Translations under genes and position numbers: made by a program
Shown here: positions 20,011 through 31,406 of the stretch, in pieces
Numbering within the stretch: position 1 is the first letter of the stretch
Layout: every line of letters starts with the position of its first letter
From: Octopus bimaculoides
Taxonomy: Eukaryota
NCBI RefSeq assembly: GCF_001194135.2
Contig: NC_069005.1
Coordinates: forward strand, 15,752,903-15,789,089
Length of the DNA stretch: 36,187 bases
Direction of reading: 5' to 3'
The notes under the pieces: generated by a model
What the model saw: only the letters and a program-made list of their open reading frames with translations
Database searches by the model: none
What the model was told of the DNA's origin: nothing

Positions 20011-21059
20011 TTAGTACCTCTACCTTAGCGAAGGCAGAGATATTGTTTCAGTTGTGTTTGTTTACTTGTTTGTCCGTGGACAAGATATCCCAAGAACTGC
20101 TGGATGGATTTGCATGAAACTTTCAGGGATGTTTGGCCTCATGACTGGCATGAACTGATTAGATTTTGGAATCAATCTGGTACCGAACAAGGATTCTGGA
20201 TTGTTATATTTACTTTACATTACATGAAGTATTATGATCTTATGTTGACTTTCAAGTTTTTCTCTGATAATCTCTCTTGAAAGTATGCTCATGGTTTCCA
20301 TATAAGTTATGGCAGTGTTGCTGTTTCCAAAGTATTCTCTTTCTCTATTATTAATTTTACTCGCATCTCTCTCTTAGTAGAAACCGATGGATAAAGAAAT
20401 CAAAATACATAAACAAACGGCAGTAAAACTGTTCAGAAATTAAATAACACTAACATATTCAGTAACAAAAATAAATTTAATTTATCCACAACAATTTTAG
20501 TTGTACCAATTTTGAATATATTGCTCCTGTTTAAAACCACTTACCTACTTGACAATTGCATTTCTAGCTCTGTCTTGAAGGAAGCTTTACTTCTTGGACT
20601 CATGTTTTTGTGTGCAACAATGTTAAACTTCCGTTAACAGCACCGTATGCAGGTCCTTTCCATTTTCTTTTGTGCATGGATAAATTTTTCACTGTAGACT
20701 TTAATGGTTGTAAAGACACTCTATCAGTGAATAGACTAAAAAAGGCCTTCATAGAGAAAACTGTCCCTGTTCCAACTGCAGACGACACACACACACAGCA
20801 TTACAAACATGGCTTGCACACCCACCTTCACATTCCATGATGACCATTGGGATCAATGAGGTACTGGACAAGGATTCTAGATTATTTTGTTTTTTTTTTT
20901 ACTTAATTTTTGAGAGCGGTTGCATTCAGTTTTAGTATTCTCATTTGTGAAAGCAGTCAAGTTTATTTCAGATTTTCTCATTTTCAAAAATCATCTTCGT
21001 CTAATTGCTGAGAGGACATTGGCGTTGCTTTAGTGGAGGTTTGCACTCTCTGAGTGCTC

Positions 21060-21062
<3 letters not shown>
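20011..21062 (+). mobile_element. Helentron-associated non-autonomous element (HINE/DINE-1-like) with internal cargo
   Basis: 5' TACCTCTACC with a nearby inverted GGCAGAG; (GTTT)n tract at ~20052-20072; 3' subterminal GTGGAGGT followed by the hairpin GCACTC-TCT-GAGTGC (21043-21057) and TT. Confidence 0.7.
20598..20756 (+). pseudogene. Ty3/Gypsy integrase C-terminal GPY/F module fragment
   Basis: THVFVCNNVKLPLTAPYAGPFHFLLCMDKFFTVDFNGCKDTLSVNRLKKAFIE fits the THVFVR..PL.PPY.GPF.V......FT....G....VS.DRLK.A pattern. Confidence 0.8.
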
Positions 21063-21090
<28 letters not shown>

Positions 21091-21110
21091 CATTATTATT
21101 ATTATTATTA

Positions 21111-21144
<34 letters not shown>

Positions 21145-21228
21145 CAACCCCAAAAAAGGATGAAATGTATAGCTGACTTGGGCAAAATTTAAACTTAGAA
21201 TGTAAAGAGAGATGGGATGCTGAAAGTA
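21059..21228 (-). mobile_element. (ATT)n tract followed by a partial SINE family E
   Basis: CAACCCCAAAAAAGGATGAAA...AATTTAAACTTAGAATGTAAAG is the reverse complement of the E core. Confidence 0.65.
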
Positions 21229-21309
21229 TACACAATATAAAATAGAATAAAGAAAGAGAGTATACATAGTATACAACAGTAAAAAAAAATAATATTAATA
21301 ATAATAATA

Positions 21310-21390
21310 AATCACGAGTGGTTATGGGTTTGAATGCCTTTCTTCACAGGTCGGCTCAGTTACAGCTGACCTAAGGCTAAGCAACAACAA
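21310..21390 (+). mobile_element. Family G tail
   Basis: GAATGCCTTT...GCTGACCTAAGGCTAAGCAACAACAAC. Confidence 0.5.
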
Positions 21391-21696
21391 CACACACAAA
21401 CATAAATACAGATGAATGAATCTTTACAGCAACAGCTAATGAAACTAGACACAGTTTTTATAATGAAACTAGACACAGTTTACAATGTCTGATGAGTCAC
21501 CAGCTTTTATCTCACTACACAAGACTTCAAAACAACAGTTCCATATTGCACTGACATCTATATAATACAGGTACAACATAGATTTTCCAGAATCTTTGGT
21601 TCCAGAGGATTTCTGAATTAGTGGTTTTTCCAAACCAGGAGTGATCACCATGCTCAATACACATTGAATTAAACAAATATTTAATGTACTTATAGA

Positions 21697-21902
21697 TGCA
21701 GATGTGGTTGTATGATAAGAACACTACTTCATAACCACATGGTTCCGGGTTCATTGTCACTGTACAGCACCTTGGGCAAGTGTCTTCTACTATAGCTTTG
21801 GGCTAACCAAAGCCTTGTGAATGGATTTGGTAGACCGAAACTGAAAGAAGCATGTTACATATATATATATAGATATATATATATATCTATATATATATAT
21901 AT

Positions 21903-21933
<31 letters not shown>

Positions 21934-22087
21934 CAGGTGGATGCGTGGTAAGAAGCTTGCTTTGCAACCACATGATTCCAGGTTCAGTCCCACCATGTTG
22001 CACCTTGGGCAAGTGTTTTCTACTATAGCCTTGGGCTGAACAAAGCCTTGTAAGTGGATTTCGTAGACAGAAGCTAAAAGAAGCGCA

Positions 22088-22090
<3 letters not shown>
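21697..22090 (+). mobile_element. Two tandem SINE family A heads (21697-21855 and 21934-22090) separated by TA/GATA repeats
   Basis: Each has GTGGT..AAGA...CACCTTGGGCAAGTGT...AAAGCCTTGT...AAAGAAGC. Confidence 0.8.
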
Positions 22091-22147
<57 letters not shown>

Positions 22148-22149
22148 CC

Positions 22150-22500
22150 TTATCATCATAATCGTTTAATGTCCGTTTCCCATGCTGGCATGGGTTGGAT
22201 GGTTCAACTGGGGCCTGGGAAGCCAGGAGGCTGCATCAGGCCCCAGNNNNNNNNNNNNNNNNNNNNNNNNNNNNNNNNNNNNNNNNNNNNNNNNNNNNNN
22301 NNNNNNNNNNNNNNNNNNNNNNNNNNNNNNNNNNNNNNNNNNNNNNNNNNNNNNNNNNNNNNNNNNNNNNNNNNNNNNNNNNNNNNNNNNNNNNNNNNNN
22401 NNNNNNNNNNNNNNNNNNNNNNNNNNNNNNNNNTATGTGCTACCAGCACAGGGCTCACAACTACAATTTCCATTCAATTTGATTTTGATATTGCTGATGT
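22150..22500 (-). mobile_element. SINE family B spanning an assembly gap (N 22247-22433)
   Basis: CATCATAATCGTTTAATGTCCGTTTCCCATGCTGGCATGGGTTGGATGG before the gap; CACAACTACAATTTCC after it, as in 30078-30370. Confidence 0.7.
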
Positions 22501-22511
22501 ATATCTATCTA

Positions 22512-22546
<35 letters not shown>

Positions 22547-22814
22547 TGTAAATGCAAAAATAAAAACAAAAACACAAAGGATTCTGCGGTACACATGTTT
22601 CAAGCTTTATAGTTGTTACATCAGTGTATAATTGACAATATAAAGCTATCTTCAGCCGCAAATGTATTCTCTCCCAAGAATTATATCACATAGGCATTAA
22701 AGGAGGAAGAAAGATGAGATATAAGAGGCGAGGTTCCGTTTGGTATTTTGCAATGTACTATACCTCGTAGAATTCTTAATTTGATATATTTATACATAAT
22801 TTTCTCGGTACTCC

Positions 22815-23046
22815 GTGTGTGTGTGTGTGTGTGTGTCTTTGTGCCAGCACTTATACCCCACCACAGCTTGACGATTGGCGTTGGTGTGTTTACATCCCCT
22901 TAACTTAGTGGTTTGGCATAGGAAACTGATAGAATAAGTACTAAGCCTAAAAAAAAAAAGGATGGGGCCGATTTGTTCAATTAAAACTCTTCAAGGAATT
23001 GTCCTAGCATGACTGCAGTCAAATGACTGAAACAAGTAAAAGATAA
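22815..23046 (+). mobile_element. SINE family A, 3' half
   Basis: CCCCACCACAGCTTGAC...GATAGAATAAGTAC...TGACTGAAACAAGTAAAAG. Confidence 0.8.
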
Positions 23047-23057
23047 GTGATATATAT

Positions 23058-23247
23058 AGTGGTTAGGGTGTTGCGTTCATGATTGCCAGATCAAAACACT
23101 TCATTTCATGTTCCTCCAGTCCTTGTCAATTAGGGAGGAATGTTGGCCTGCTTACCTAGCCAACCAGGTGGTGTCATTCGAAGGATAAAACAATGCAAAG
23201 TGCACTGTGACCAGCAATGTGTAAGAGCATCTGATAGTCTGGTCAGT

Positions 23248-23317
<70 letters not shown>

Positions 23318-23560
23318 CTCCTTGTCTTGACATTGTGTGATAGTCACAAATGAGTTTCGCTGTCATACATGCAGTGTAATTCATTTCCAATATCCTGCAA
23401 AAACATGTCTGGTCATGGAGATATATTCCCTTACTTAGAAACCAGTGATGGTTACAGGATGAGTGTCCACCCTTAGAAAAAAAATCTGCCTCAAATCAAT
23501 TTCATCCAACCCATACAAGCATGTGAAAATGGCCATTGCTTAATGATGATGATAATGACA
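23058..23560 (+). mobile_element. SINE family K with internal (TG)n
   Basis: GTGGTTAGGGTGTT head; TCTCCTTGTCTTGACAT...AATCTGCCTC...CCAACCCAT.CAAGCATG tail, as in 33490-33705 and 29040-29310(-). Confidence 0.7.
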
Positions 23561-24094
23561 ATTAATTAAATGAAATACTGGTCCCTAACATTAGTATAAA
23601 TGATACAAGTTTATTAATACTGCACTGCGAAAAGTACCACCAGCAAACAAATTTGGTGGCTGCAGAAATTTGAAGTTCTCGCTCAAGGATTAGTGCAGAG
23701 TATATGAGATTCCAGCCCATCGGTGTCTAGATAGTCGGGGATGTACATGGTCGTACTTATACAAACAAACAGAAAGAAACTATAGTAATTGTCTAACTCT
23801 TATCACTTGTCTCCTTTCCACTTATCACCCTTATTGTATATACCCTGCACCACAGACTCTGCACTAGTCACTACCCCTAATCTTTCCTTTTCAGAATGCT
23901 ATCCCTCTGTAATCTCTTCTATGTTTTCTTTTATTTGTAAGATTCTGAAGTAAAATCCTTAAGTGATGGCAGTAATTATAGAGTAAATAGTAGATTTAAG
24001 GTTTTCATTTATTAGTGAATGGTGAGCTCAGATGACGGATAACCCCGGATGCTCCCAAGGTCAATAAAATAGAGTACCAATGAAGTAGCCTGGT

Positions 24095-24650
24095 TCTCCA
24101 CTGGTTACAACAATGAGGGTTCCAGTTAATGCAATCAATCAAACAGCCTACTCGTGAAATTAGCATGGAAGTGGCTGAGCGCTCCACAGGAGATTCAGTG
24201 TGACACAGAATAATGTGACAAAGCTGGCTCTTTGAAATACAGGTACAACTCATTTTTGCCAGCTGAGTGGACTGAGCTGATAAAGTATCTTGGTCAAGGA
24301 CTTGGTCAAGGACTTGGTCAAGGACTCACTGCACCACCAACACACTCCGTCAGTTATGATGACAAGGGTTTCAATTGATCTGATCAAAGGAACTACTTAC
24401 TCGTGAAATTAACTTGCAAGTGGCTGAGCACTCCACAGACATGCAGACCCTTAACGTAGTTCTCAGGGAGATTCAGTGTGACAAGGCTGGCTCTTTTGAA
24501 TTACAGGAACAACTAATTTTTGCCAGCTGAGTGGACTGGTGCAACGTGAAATAAACTGTCTTGCTCAGGGACACAATGCACCACTGGGGATCAAACTCAT
24601 GACCTTATGACCGTGAACCAAGTGCCCTTCTCCACTAAGCTGCACACCTT
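24095..24650 (-). mobile_element. Two tandem SINE family L copies (head and central domain shared with C)
   Basis: TACTCGTGAAATTA.C.TG.AAGTGGCTGAGC.CTCCACAG...TTTTTGCCAGCTGAGTGGACTG is repeated at ~24148 and ~24398. Confidence 0.8.
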
Positions 24651-25089
24651 CTCAAGTCAAGTATTCAGGCTACCATTGCCATCATTACTGTTACCATTTG
24701 GTGCACCTATAACCAGTAACAGACTTTCTCTTTGTTTCTACACTTCAATACAAGGCTGTTAGATGTTGTAACATTGAATTTCTCTCATTACATGCACAGC
24801 CACAGCAATGGTGGAGATGGTGGTGGTTGTTGCCTTATATTCAAGACAGCATTGAACTCCAGCAAATATGAGTAAAAAATAAGGCTTGGTCAAGTAAATC
24901 AGAAACTGACCCAGAACCAAACAAACCAGTTGGAGAAAGAGAATGTGCGCTGGCAGCAGAGCTCCTATTCTTTAAAACTTACTAATGAGATGACATTAGT
25001 TGATGAAAGGACACAAAGATGGTAATTAAGAAAAATAAAGAAAAAAAAAAGAACAAAAAAAAACGATTAGAAACTAATTGCTTCTGAAT

Positions 25090-25245
25090 ATGTATTGGAG
25101 GGTGTTAAGTTTGCTTTGCAACGATGGTTTTGGAGTTCCATCCCAATGCATGGCACCTTGAAAAAGTGTTTTTAATGAGAAGCTTGCATTGTCCAAATGT
25201 CTTCTTCTAAGTGAAATTTGGTAAGCAAAAATTGCAGGGTAACTT
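25090..25245 (+). mobile_element. Degenerate SINE family A head
   Basis: AAGTTTGCTTTGCAAC...TGGCACCTTGAAAAAGTGT. Confidence 0.5.
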
Positions 25246-25263
25246 GCCATGTATGTGTGCAGC

Positions 25264-25298
<35 letters not shown>

Positions 25299-25518
25299 CA
25301 CACACACACACACATGAACACATACATATACACACACACAAATATATACACACACTCACATGTGCGTGCACACATACACACACACACATCAAATTACACA
25401 ATGAAAAGAGTTACTAAGTTTCATGTTATTATGACACTTGAACAGGCATATTTATAAGATACATCATGTATCTTAAAGCAATCTTTCAGGCTCTGTTTAT
25501 GCACACACATACAGATAT

Positions 25519-25575
<57 letters not shown>

Positions 25576-25593
25576 AGCATTAAGGGCACGACA

Positions 25594-25785
25594 GACTTAA
25601 ACTCTCTCAAATGCTCAGGAAGCTCTCTTGAAGTAGTAGATTGTTTCTTCTATTTAGGTGACCAAATTAGTGAAGATGGTGGATGCTCTGTAAGTATTGT
25701 TTCTAGAATAAGAATAGGGTGGAGGAAGTTCAGAGAACTACTAGCTCTGTTGGCAGCAAAAGGACTCTCTGTCAGAGTGAAAGGA
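25594..25785 (+). pseudogene. RTE-clade LINE reverse-transcriptase C-terminal fragment
   Basis: Stop-free DLNSLKCSGSSLEVVDCFFYLGDQISEDGGCSVSIVSRIRIGWRKFRELLALLAAKGLSVRVKG (LE.V..F.YLG motif followed by RI..GW..F). Confidence 0.85.
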
Positions 25786-25794
25786 ATTCTGACA

Positions 25795-26125
25795 GGAATT
25801 CCCCTTCTCAAATATCTCTGCCCTTCTCATAATTCCTTGTCTTGTGAGTTACTTGGTGCCCCTGTCAGTGCTGGTGCCATGTAAAAAGTCCACACTACAA
25901 AGTGGTTGGCATTTAGAAGGAGATCCAGCTGTAAAAACCATGCCAAAACTAACTTTGCCACATAAAAAGCACAGAGTCCACTCTGCAGAGTGTTGGTGTT
26001 AGGAAGGGCATCCATCTGAAAAAACCCTGCCAAAACAGACAATAGCATAGGGTAGATTTTCTACCTGGCCAGTTCCTGTGAGCTGCCCTACCAATGCATG
26101 CATGGAAGATGGACCTTAAGCAATG
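25795..26125 (+). mobile_element. SINE family B, long copy
   Basis: Two GGTTGG..TTAG(G)AAGG(G).ATCCA modules; GCATGGAAGATGGAC tail. Confidence 0.75.
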
Positions 26126-27154
26126 ATATGGAAGACTATAATGTAGAGTTCTATGCTACTGAAATCCAGTAGATCCAATTTATAAAACTATTTCATGACA
26201 TGTATATAGAACATAAAAAGTTAGGAGGTATAAGAGGTGAGCATATTTATTCAACCACTTGATATCCATAGGATTACAGCTGTTTCACAGCCTTCTTCAT
26301 GTAATAATAATTTCAGTGTATAATAAATTATTTTACATGTCTGCACTAATATGCATGTTATGCATTACACAGTACAATTGTATAATTACAAGTGAATGCA
26401 AATATAGAAGGCTAGCTCTTCAGATCACCAGAACACCATTGTTACACCAATTCTTCAACCCTGCAGATTAACTGAAAGACAGTGCATTTCAACAGAAATA
26501 TGGTAACAAAAGGGCTAATCGTAAAACAAGTAAAGGTTGATAACAGCAAGGATATGTAGTTATAGAATACTGCCTCAGTAAGTCTCATCTAACTCATGCC
26601 AACATAGAAAAAGTAACATAAAAGTACTGATAACGATAATGAGGATGGTGGTGGTGGTAGTGGTGGTTTCGATATTAATTCAGTCATTTCTATAGAAATT
26701 CTGTCTGCAGATAAATGTAAGCTTTTACTTCGAGCTAAGTAGAAGGATATCGTAAAACAGGAAGCTATTTAGTACACAATGGTTGATGAAGTCTATGGCT
26801 TTCTATTACACACACAGACCATAATATAACCTCATCATCATCATCATCATCAGAACTTATTGCAAAATGATCTTCATCTTCAGAAGTTTTATCACTGCAT
26901 CTTCAAGAGTAGATGCAGTTGTATAACATTGGTTGTCACAGCAACTGTCTCCATAGTAAAGAGAAGTTTGCTCAGAGGTAATGTCTTCCAAAGATTTATT
27001 TTCAAGATTGTTGTAGTTTAACACTCATCCCTACCACCCACACTGCTTCACACCCACTGTCCTTAGTTAACCCTCATGAAACAGATCTAAGATCAAAAGG
27101 CATTCTACCTTTGACCACACCATATTTTTTTCTACATCTAGAATAACATTGTCC

Positions 27155-27425
27155 AGTGTGTGTGTGTGTAAATATAAGAAACCTTCCTGTTATAATGTGA
27201 ATCCTCATCCACTTGTATATTGTTGTTGGCACTGTAATATTCTTGTCCCTCACCACTGCTTGACAACCAGTCCCCATAGCTTAATGGTTTGGCAAAAGAG
27301 ACAATAGGAAAAGGACCAGGCTTAAAAAAGAGAAAACAAGTTCTGGGGTTGATTTGTTTGATTAAAAATTCCTCAAGGTTGTGCCCCAGCATGGCTGCCA
27401 TCTAATGATGAAATAAGTAAAAGAT
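27155..27425 (+). mobile_element. SINE family A, 3' half
   Basis: CACCACTGCTTGACAACC...GGGGTTGATTTGTT...CCCAGCATGGCTGC. Confidence 0.7.
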
Positions 27426-27611
27426 AGAAAATATAGGCACAGGTTTGACGATGTGGTTTGAGGTTCTTTCTCACACCTCAAGAAACTCCATCAGCATGGA
27501 CAAGTAAATGAGATGATGATGATCATGACTGATGACTTATTCTCTTAATGTTCCACTTCCAGGATCCGTTTCCTCTTACAATACACAACAATGAAAAAGA
27601 AACTATGATAG

Positions 27612-28084
27612 AAGAACTTGAGTTGATCAAGTAATGTTGAGTTCTTATGATCAAATAACATTTGCCTAATTTATTCAAGCAGACCAATGCAACAAAGGTA
27701 GACAATTAATCCTTTTGATTCTAACTCTGTCCAAGACTAACCCTGATTCTAGGACACAGATTTCCTGTTTTAAAGTCATCTAAATTAAAGCTTCTGCTTT
27801 ACATTAAAGTTTCATGCTAAATTACATAATGACAAAGAATTTGAGTTGATCAAGTGATGTTGGTTGTTGAAGTAGTTCTTATGATCAAATAACATTGGTC
27901 TCAGATGTTTAAGCAGATCAATGCAACAAAGGTAGACAATTAAACCTTCTGATAACCTGCCCAAGCCTCTCACCCCACTCTGCGTTATGGCACAGACTTC
28001 TTATTTTAAAGTGATCCAAGTTAAAGCTTTCCATCAAAGGTTCATGTTAACTCAAAGGTTCCAAACAGCTTAATAATGACAAAG
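27612..28084. repeat. Old tandem duplication (period 223 bp) spanning the left end of a family I MITE
   Basis: TTGAGTTGATCAAGT.ATGTTG...GTTCTTATGATCAAATAACATT...CAATGCAACAAAGGTAGACAATTAA occurs at 27618 and 27840. Confidence 0.85.
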
Positions 28085-28162
28085 TTCTTTCACTAAATGT
28101 TTTATTATTTTTGAAATTAATCGACGCAAAAGCAATGGATTTCAATATGGTAAGAAAAGGGT
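27926..28162. mobile_element. piggyBac-type MITE (family I)
   Basis: TTAAACCTTCTGATA...TTTTAAAGTGATCC...ATATGGTAAGAAAAGGGTTAA; matches 12073-13509. Confidence 0.6.
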
Positions 28163-28643
28163 TAAAGCTTTCACAGTTACAGAATGGTAAGGCAACATTA
28201 GTCGGAGAAGTGAGGAAGGTAAAGGAGGAGGAGGATGAAAAAGTGTAACTGAATAGGTTAAAAGAAGTTAAAAGCAAAACAAGAAAAGGTGAAAAGTTTT
28301 TTAGAAATATTTTTTGTTTACTTTAATGAAATCTTAAAAATTGCTTAAAGAAAAAAATTTTAAAGCTTAATACACTTCAAAAAACCCTTGAAGAAACTGT
28401 CTCCAGGACAATTCACAAAATCTCGAAAATTCTCAAAGAATTTCAAAAAGTTCAAAAGTTTCAGAATGGGTCTAACAACTGACCTACTATTTTGGTGACA
28501 GAAAAATCAATGCTCATCACTTCAAGATTATATATTAAAGTTTCTACTAACATAATAGAGGAGACCATGGAATGTTAGTTATTTAAAATCAGTGTGTTTA
28601 TTCAAGTATAATATATGCATTTTGTTCAGATTTTAAAGCTCAA

Positions 28644-29197
28644 ATGAAAGCATTTCTAACCAGCCGGGAAATACCACCTTGCTTGGAAACAGATAAAGGT
28701 TGGTGACAGGGAGAGCATTCAGCTACAGAAAATCTATTTCAACAAACTCCATCCAACCTAAGCAAACATGGAAATTTTTATATTAAATCCATGAGGATGA
28801 TGTATAATACACATAACACATGAGAACATTTAGTCCTTGTGTATAATACACACAAGACCAAACAGTTCATGACATTCCTTAACAAAAGATAGATTGGTAT
28901 ATAAAACTGATTTCCACAGTTAGGGGTAATGAAATTTTGAGTGGATATATCTGATTGCCCCAGTAAAAAGGTGAACTGTTTGGTCTTGTGTGTATTATAC
29001 ACAAGGACTAAATGTTCTCATGTGTTATGTGTATTATACATCATCCTCATGGATTTAATATAAAAATTTCCATGTTTGCTTAGGTTGGATGGAGTTTGTT
29101 GAAATAGATTTTCTGTAGCTGAATGCTCTCCCTGTCACCAACCTTTATCTGTTTCCAAGCAAGGTGGTATTTCCCGGCTGGTTAGAAATGCTTTCAT
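28644..29197. repeat. Perfect 226-bp inverted repeat with a 102-bp spacer
   Basis: 28644-28869 equals the reverse complement of 28972-29197; no mismatch found by eye. Confidence 0.95.
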
Positions 29198-29310
29198 GCC
29201 TTGGATGATTGGAAAGGAATGACACTATTTGTATAACAGTGACACTCATTTGTGACTATCATGAGATATCAAGGTAAAGAAACAAACACTTACACAGCCA
29301 TGTATATATA
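29040..29310 (-). mobile_element. SINE family K, body and tail (its tail lies inside the inverted repeat arm)
   Basis: Reverse complement of TTGCTTGGAAACAG...GAAAATCT...CCATCCAACC. Confidence 0.7.
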
Positions 29311-29351
29311 CGCACATACATATGTGTGTGTATCTATTATTTATACACACA

Positions 29352-29562
29352 CGAGGGGGTGCAGAAAAGTTCCAGGCTTTAAGGATATTGCAAAAGGCCT
29401 GGTTGGAGGCTCAACCTTCTGAGTTCTTTTACAGGGCTTAGAAAAGCTGAAGGACTGCTACAATAATTGTGTGAATCTGAGAAGGGAATATGTTGAATAA
29501 AATCATAATTAATTGATCCTCTTGTATTTTCTTTTATTCAAAGCCAGGAACTTTTCAGCACC

Positions 29563-29568
<6 letters not shown>
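29352..29568. mobile_element. Mariner-type MITE (family J), inverted relative to the 11584 copy
   Basis: CGAGGGGGTGCAGAAAAGTTCCAGGCTT / AAGCCAGGAACTTTTCAGCACCCCATCA, followed by TA. Confidence 0.85.
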
Positions 29569-29604
<36 letters not shown>

Positions 29605-30077
29605 AATAATTCTTTCCGGAACAAGGTCAGTAATTTTCAGGAGTAGAGAAGTCAATTACATTGACCCCAGTGCTCAACTAGTATTTATTTCATTGACCAC
29701 AAAACAAAAAGTTGACCTCAGCAGAATTTGAATTCAAAATTTAAAGATGGACAAAATGCCACCAGGCACAGTTTAATTATTGGGAATTATTTCATTAGAC
29801 CCTGGATAGTAACAGAAGGCAAAGCAAAACTCTAATGATGCTTGAACATGCAACATAAGACAAGACTAAGTACTGTAAGACATTTTGACCATTAGATAAC
29901 CTAATGAATTTTCAAAGTTGCTTCCTTAGTAATGACAACAGCAGCAGCAGTTGAATCCATAATCTACAGATGTCACCTCCAACACATTTTCACATGAACA
30001 ATATTAGAGATAAAGTGTCAGTCACCAGACTGAAAAACTTAGCTCTTTGCCTAGCTTGTGTATCATGTGATACATCA

Positions 30078-30370
30078 TCATCATTTAATGTCAAATGTCC
30101 ATGTTGGCAGGGGGTGGACAGATTGACCAGAACTAGTAAGCTGAGGGGCTGCACCAGACCCCAGTCGAATTTGGCATGGTTTTTACAGCTGGATGCCCTT
30201 TCTAATGCCAATCATTTCAAGGGTGTAATGGGTGTTTTTACGTGCCACCAGTATGGGTGGCAGTTGTGTGACACCAGTACCTGCCACAACTACAATTTCA
30301 CTTGGCTTGATGGGTCTTCTACCCAAGCATGGCATATTGCCAAAGGTCTCGATCAGGAAATTCCACGGGA
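30078..30370 (-). mobile_element. SINE family B
   Basis: CATCATCATCATTTAATGTC...GCTGGATGCCCTT. Confidence 0.8.
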
Positions 30371-30517
30371 CATATTTGCCTGTCATGTATAGTACATGTG
30401 ATACACAGGACATAATTCCCTTGTATCCATGTGTTTTATATAATACATATTCCCAATTTTTTTCAATCCACCAGAGTAACATGAAACTTATGAAAGGAAA
30501 GCTTTAAACATCTGAAA

Positions 30518-31104
30518 CAGCTAGGGTCCATATGACCCTTAGGGGTCCACAAAGTTTTGTTGGTAAAAGTAAAGACCCCCTTCAGTCATGAATTACCATG
30601 GGATTGCACCTAGGAAGTTCCCTTCTGAGGCACAAGCCCAGGCAAAGTTGTTTATGGAACCCAGCAGTCGCCCATGCATACCAGCCTTTCCTCTAAACGA
30701 CACCAATGTTATCCAAGGGAAAGGCAAAGGCTGATATAACTTGGCACCAGTGATGTCACAACTAATTTCTACAGATGTGTGAACTGAAGCAACATGAAAT
30801 AAAATGTTTTGCTCAAGAACACAACACACAGCCTGGTCCAGGAATCACCCTCACTACCACATGACTGTGAGCTCAACAGTCGAACCACTGAGCCATGTGC
30901 CTTTACATCTAATGTGCACTAAATTGGTTATACTTCTAAAATACACAAAATATTTAAACAATTTTTTTTTATACTATTCCTTATATGTAATTATAGAAGT
31001 ATAATAATGGGATCTTTTAAAACATCAAATGGCTAGGAGGGTCCAGCAGAGTAAAATAGGAATCAAAGGATTCCATAGGTAAAAAAAATGGTTAAGAACC
31101 ACTG
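30518..31104. mobile_element. hAT-type MITE (family D) containing a SINE C insertion
   Basis: Right TIR GGTTAAGAACCACTG; GGGTCCAGCAGAGTAAAATAGGAATCAAAGG as in the 8797 copy; left end degenerate. Confidence 0.65.
30571..30905 (-). mobile_element. SINE family C, full length
   Basis: Colinear with 9693-10026. Confidence 0.85.
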
Positions 31105-31353
31105 CTTTATATTAATAGAGAATGTATGAAAGAAGAACTAACTAAAAGTCTCAAAACAAGAATGGACATTTAAGACAATCTTATAAACAGGCTTTGGACA
31201 GGCAAAGTTTTTAAAACTTTTATGGCTGTGCTAAATCAGCTATAGATAAAAATAAAAAAGTACCTAGCCAGTCTGCTTAGCAACACCAACTCAGAGAACA
31301 TATGTTGAAATGAAAGGTAATTCATAAATCGTTTGTAATGCAACTCTTTAGAT

Positions 31354-31406
<53 letters not shown>

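Noticed and set aside
21438-21483. 24-bp direct repeat TAATGAAACTAGACACAGTTT (similar short duplications at ~32175-32222)
   Set aside because: Ordinary replication-slippage duplication with no further structure.
23620-23790. Possible Helitron/Lep1-like fragment ending in (AAAC)n
   Set aside because: Single copy with no identifiable termini or hairpin.
24860-25025. ~50-codon coiled-coil-like plus frame ending at a GTAATT donor
   Set aside because: No acceptor or start, other frames on both strands are similarly open, and no homology was recognised.
28329-28480. 48-codon Lys/Gln-rich open frame
   Set aside because: A-rich low-complexity sequence with no start or splice signals; expected by chance.
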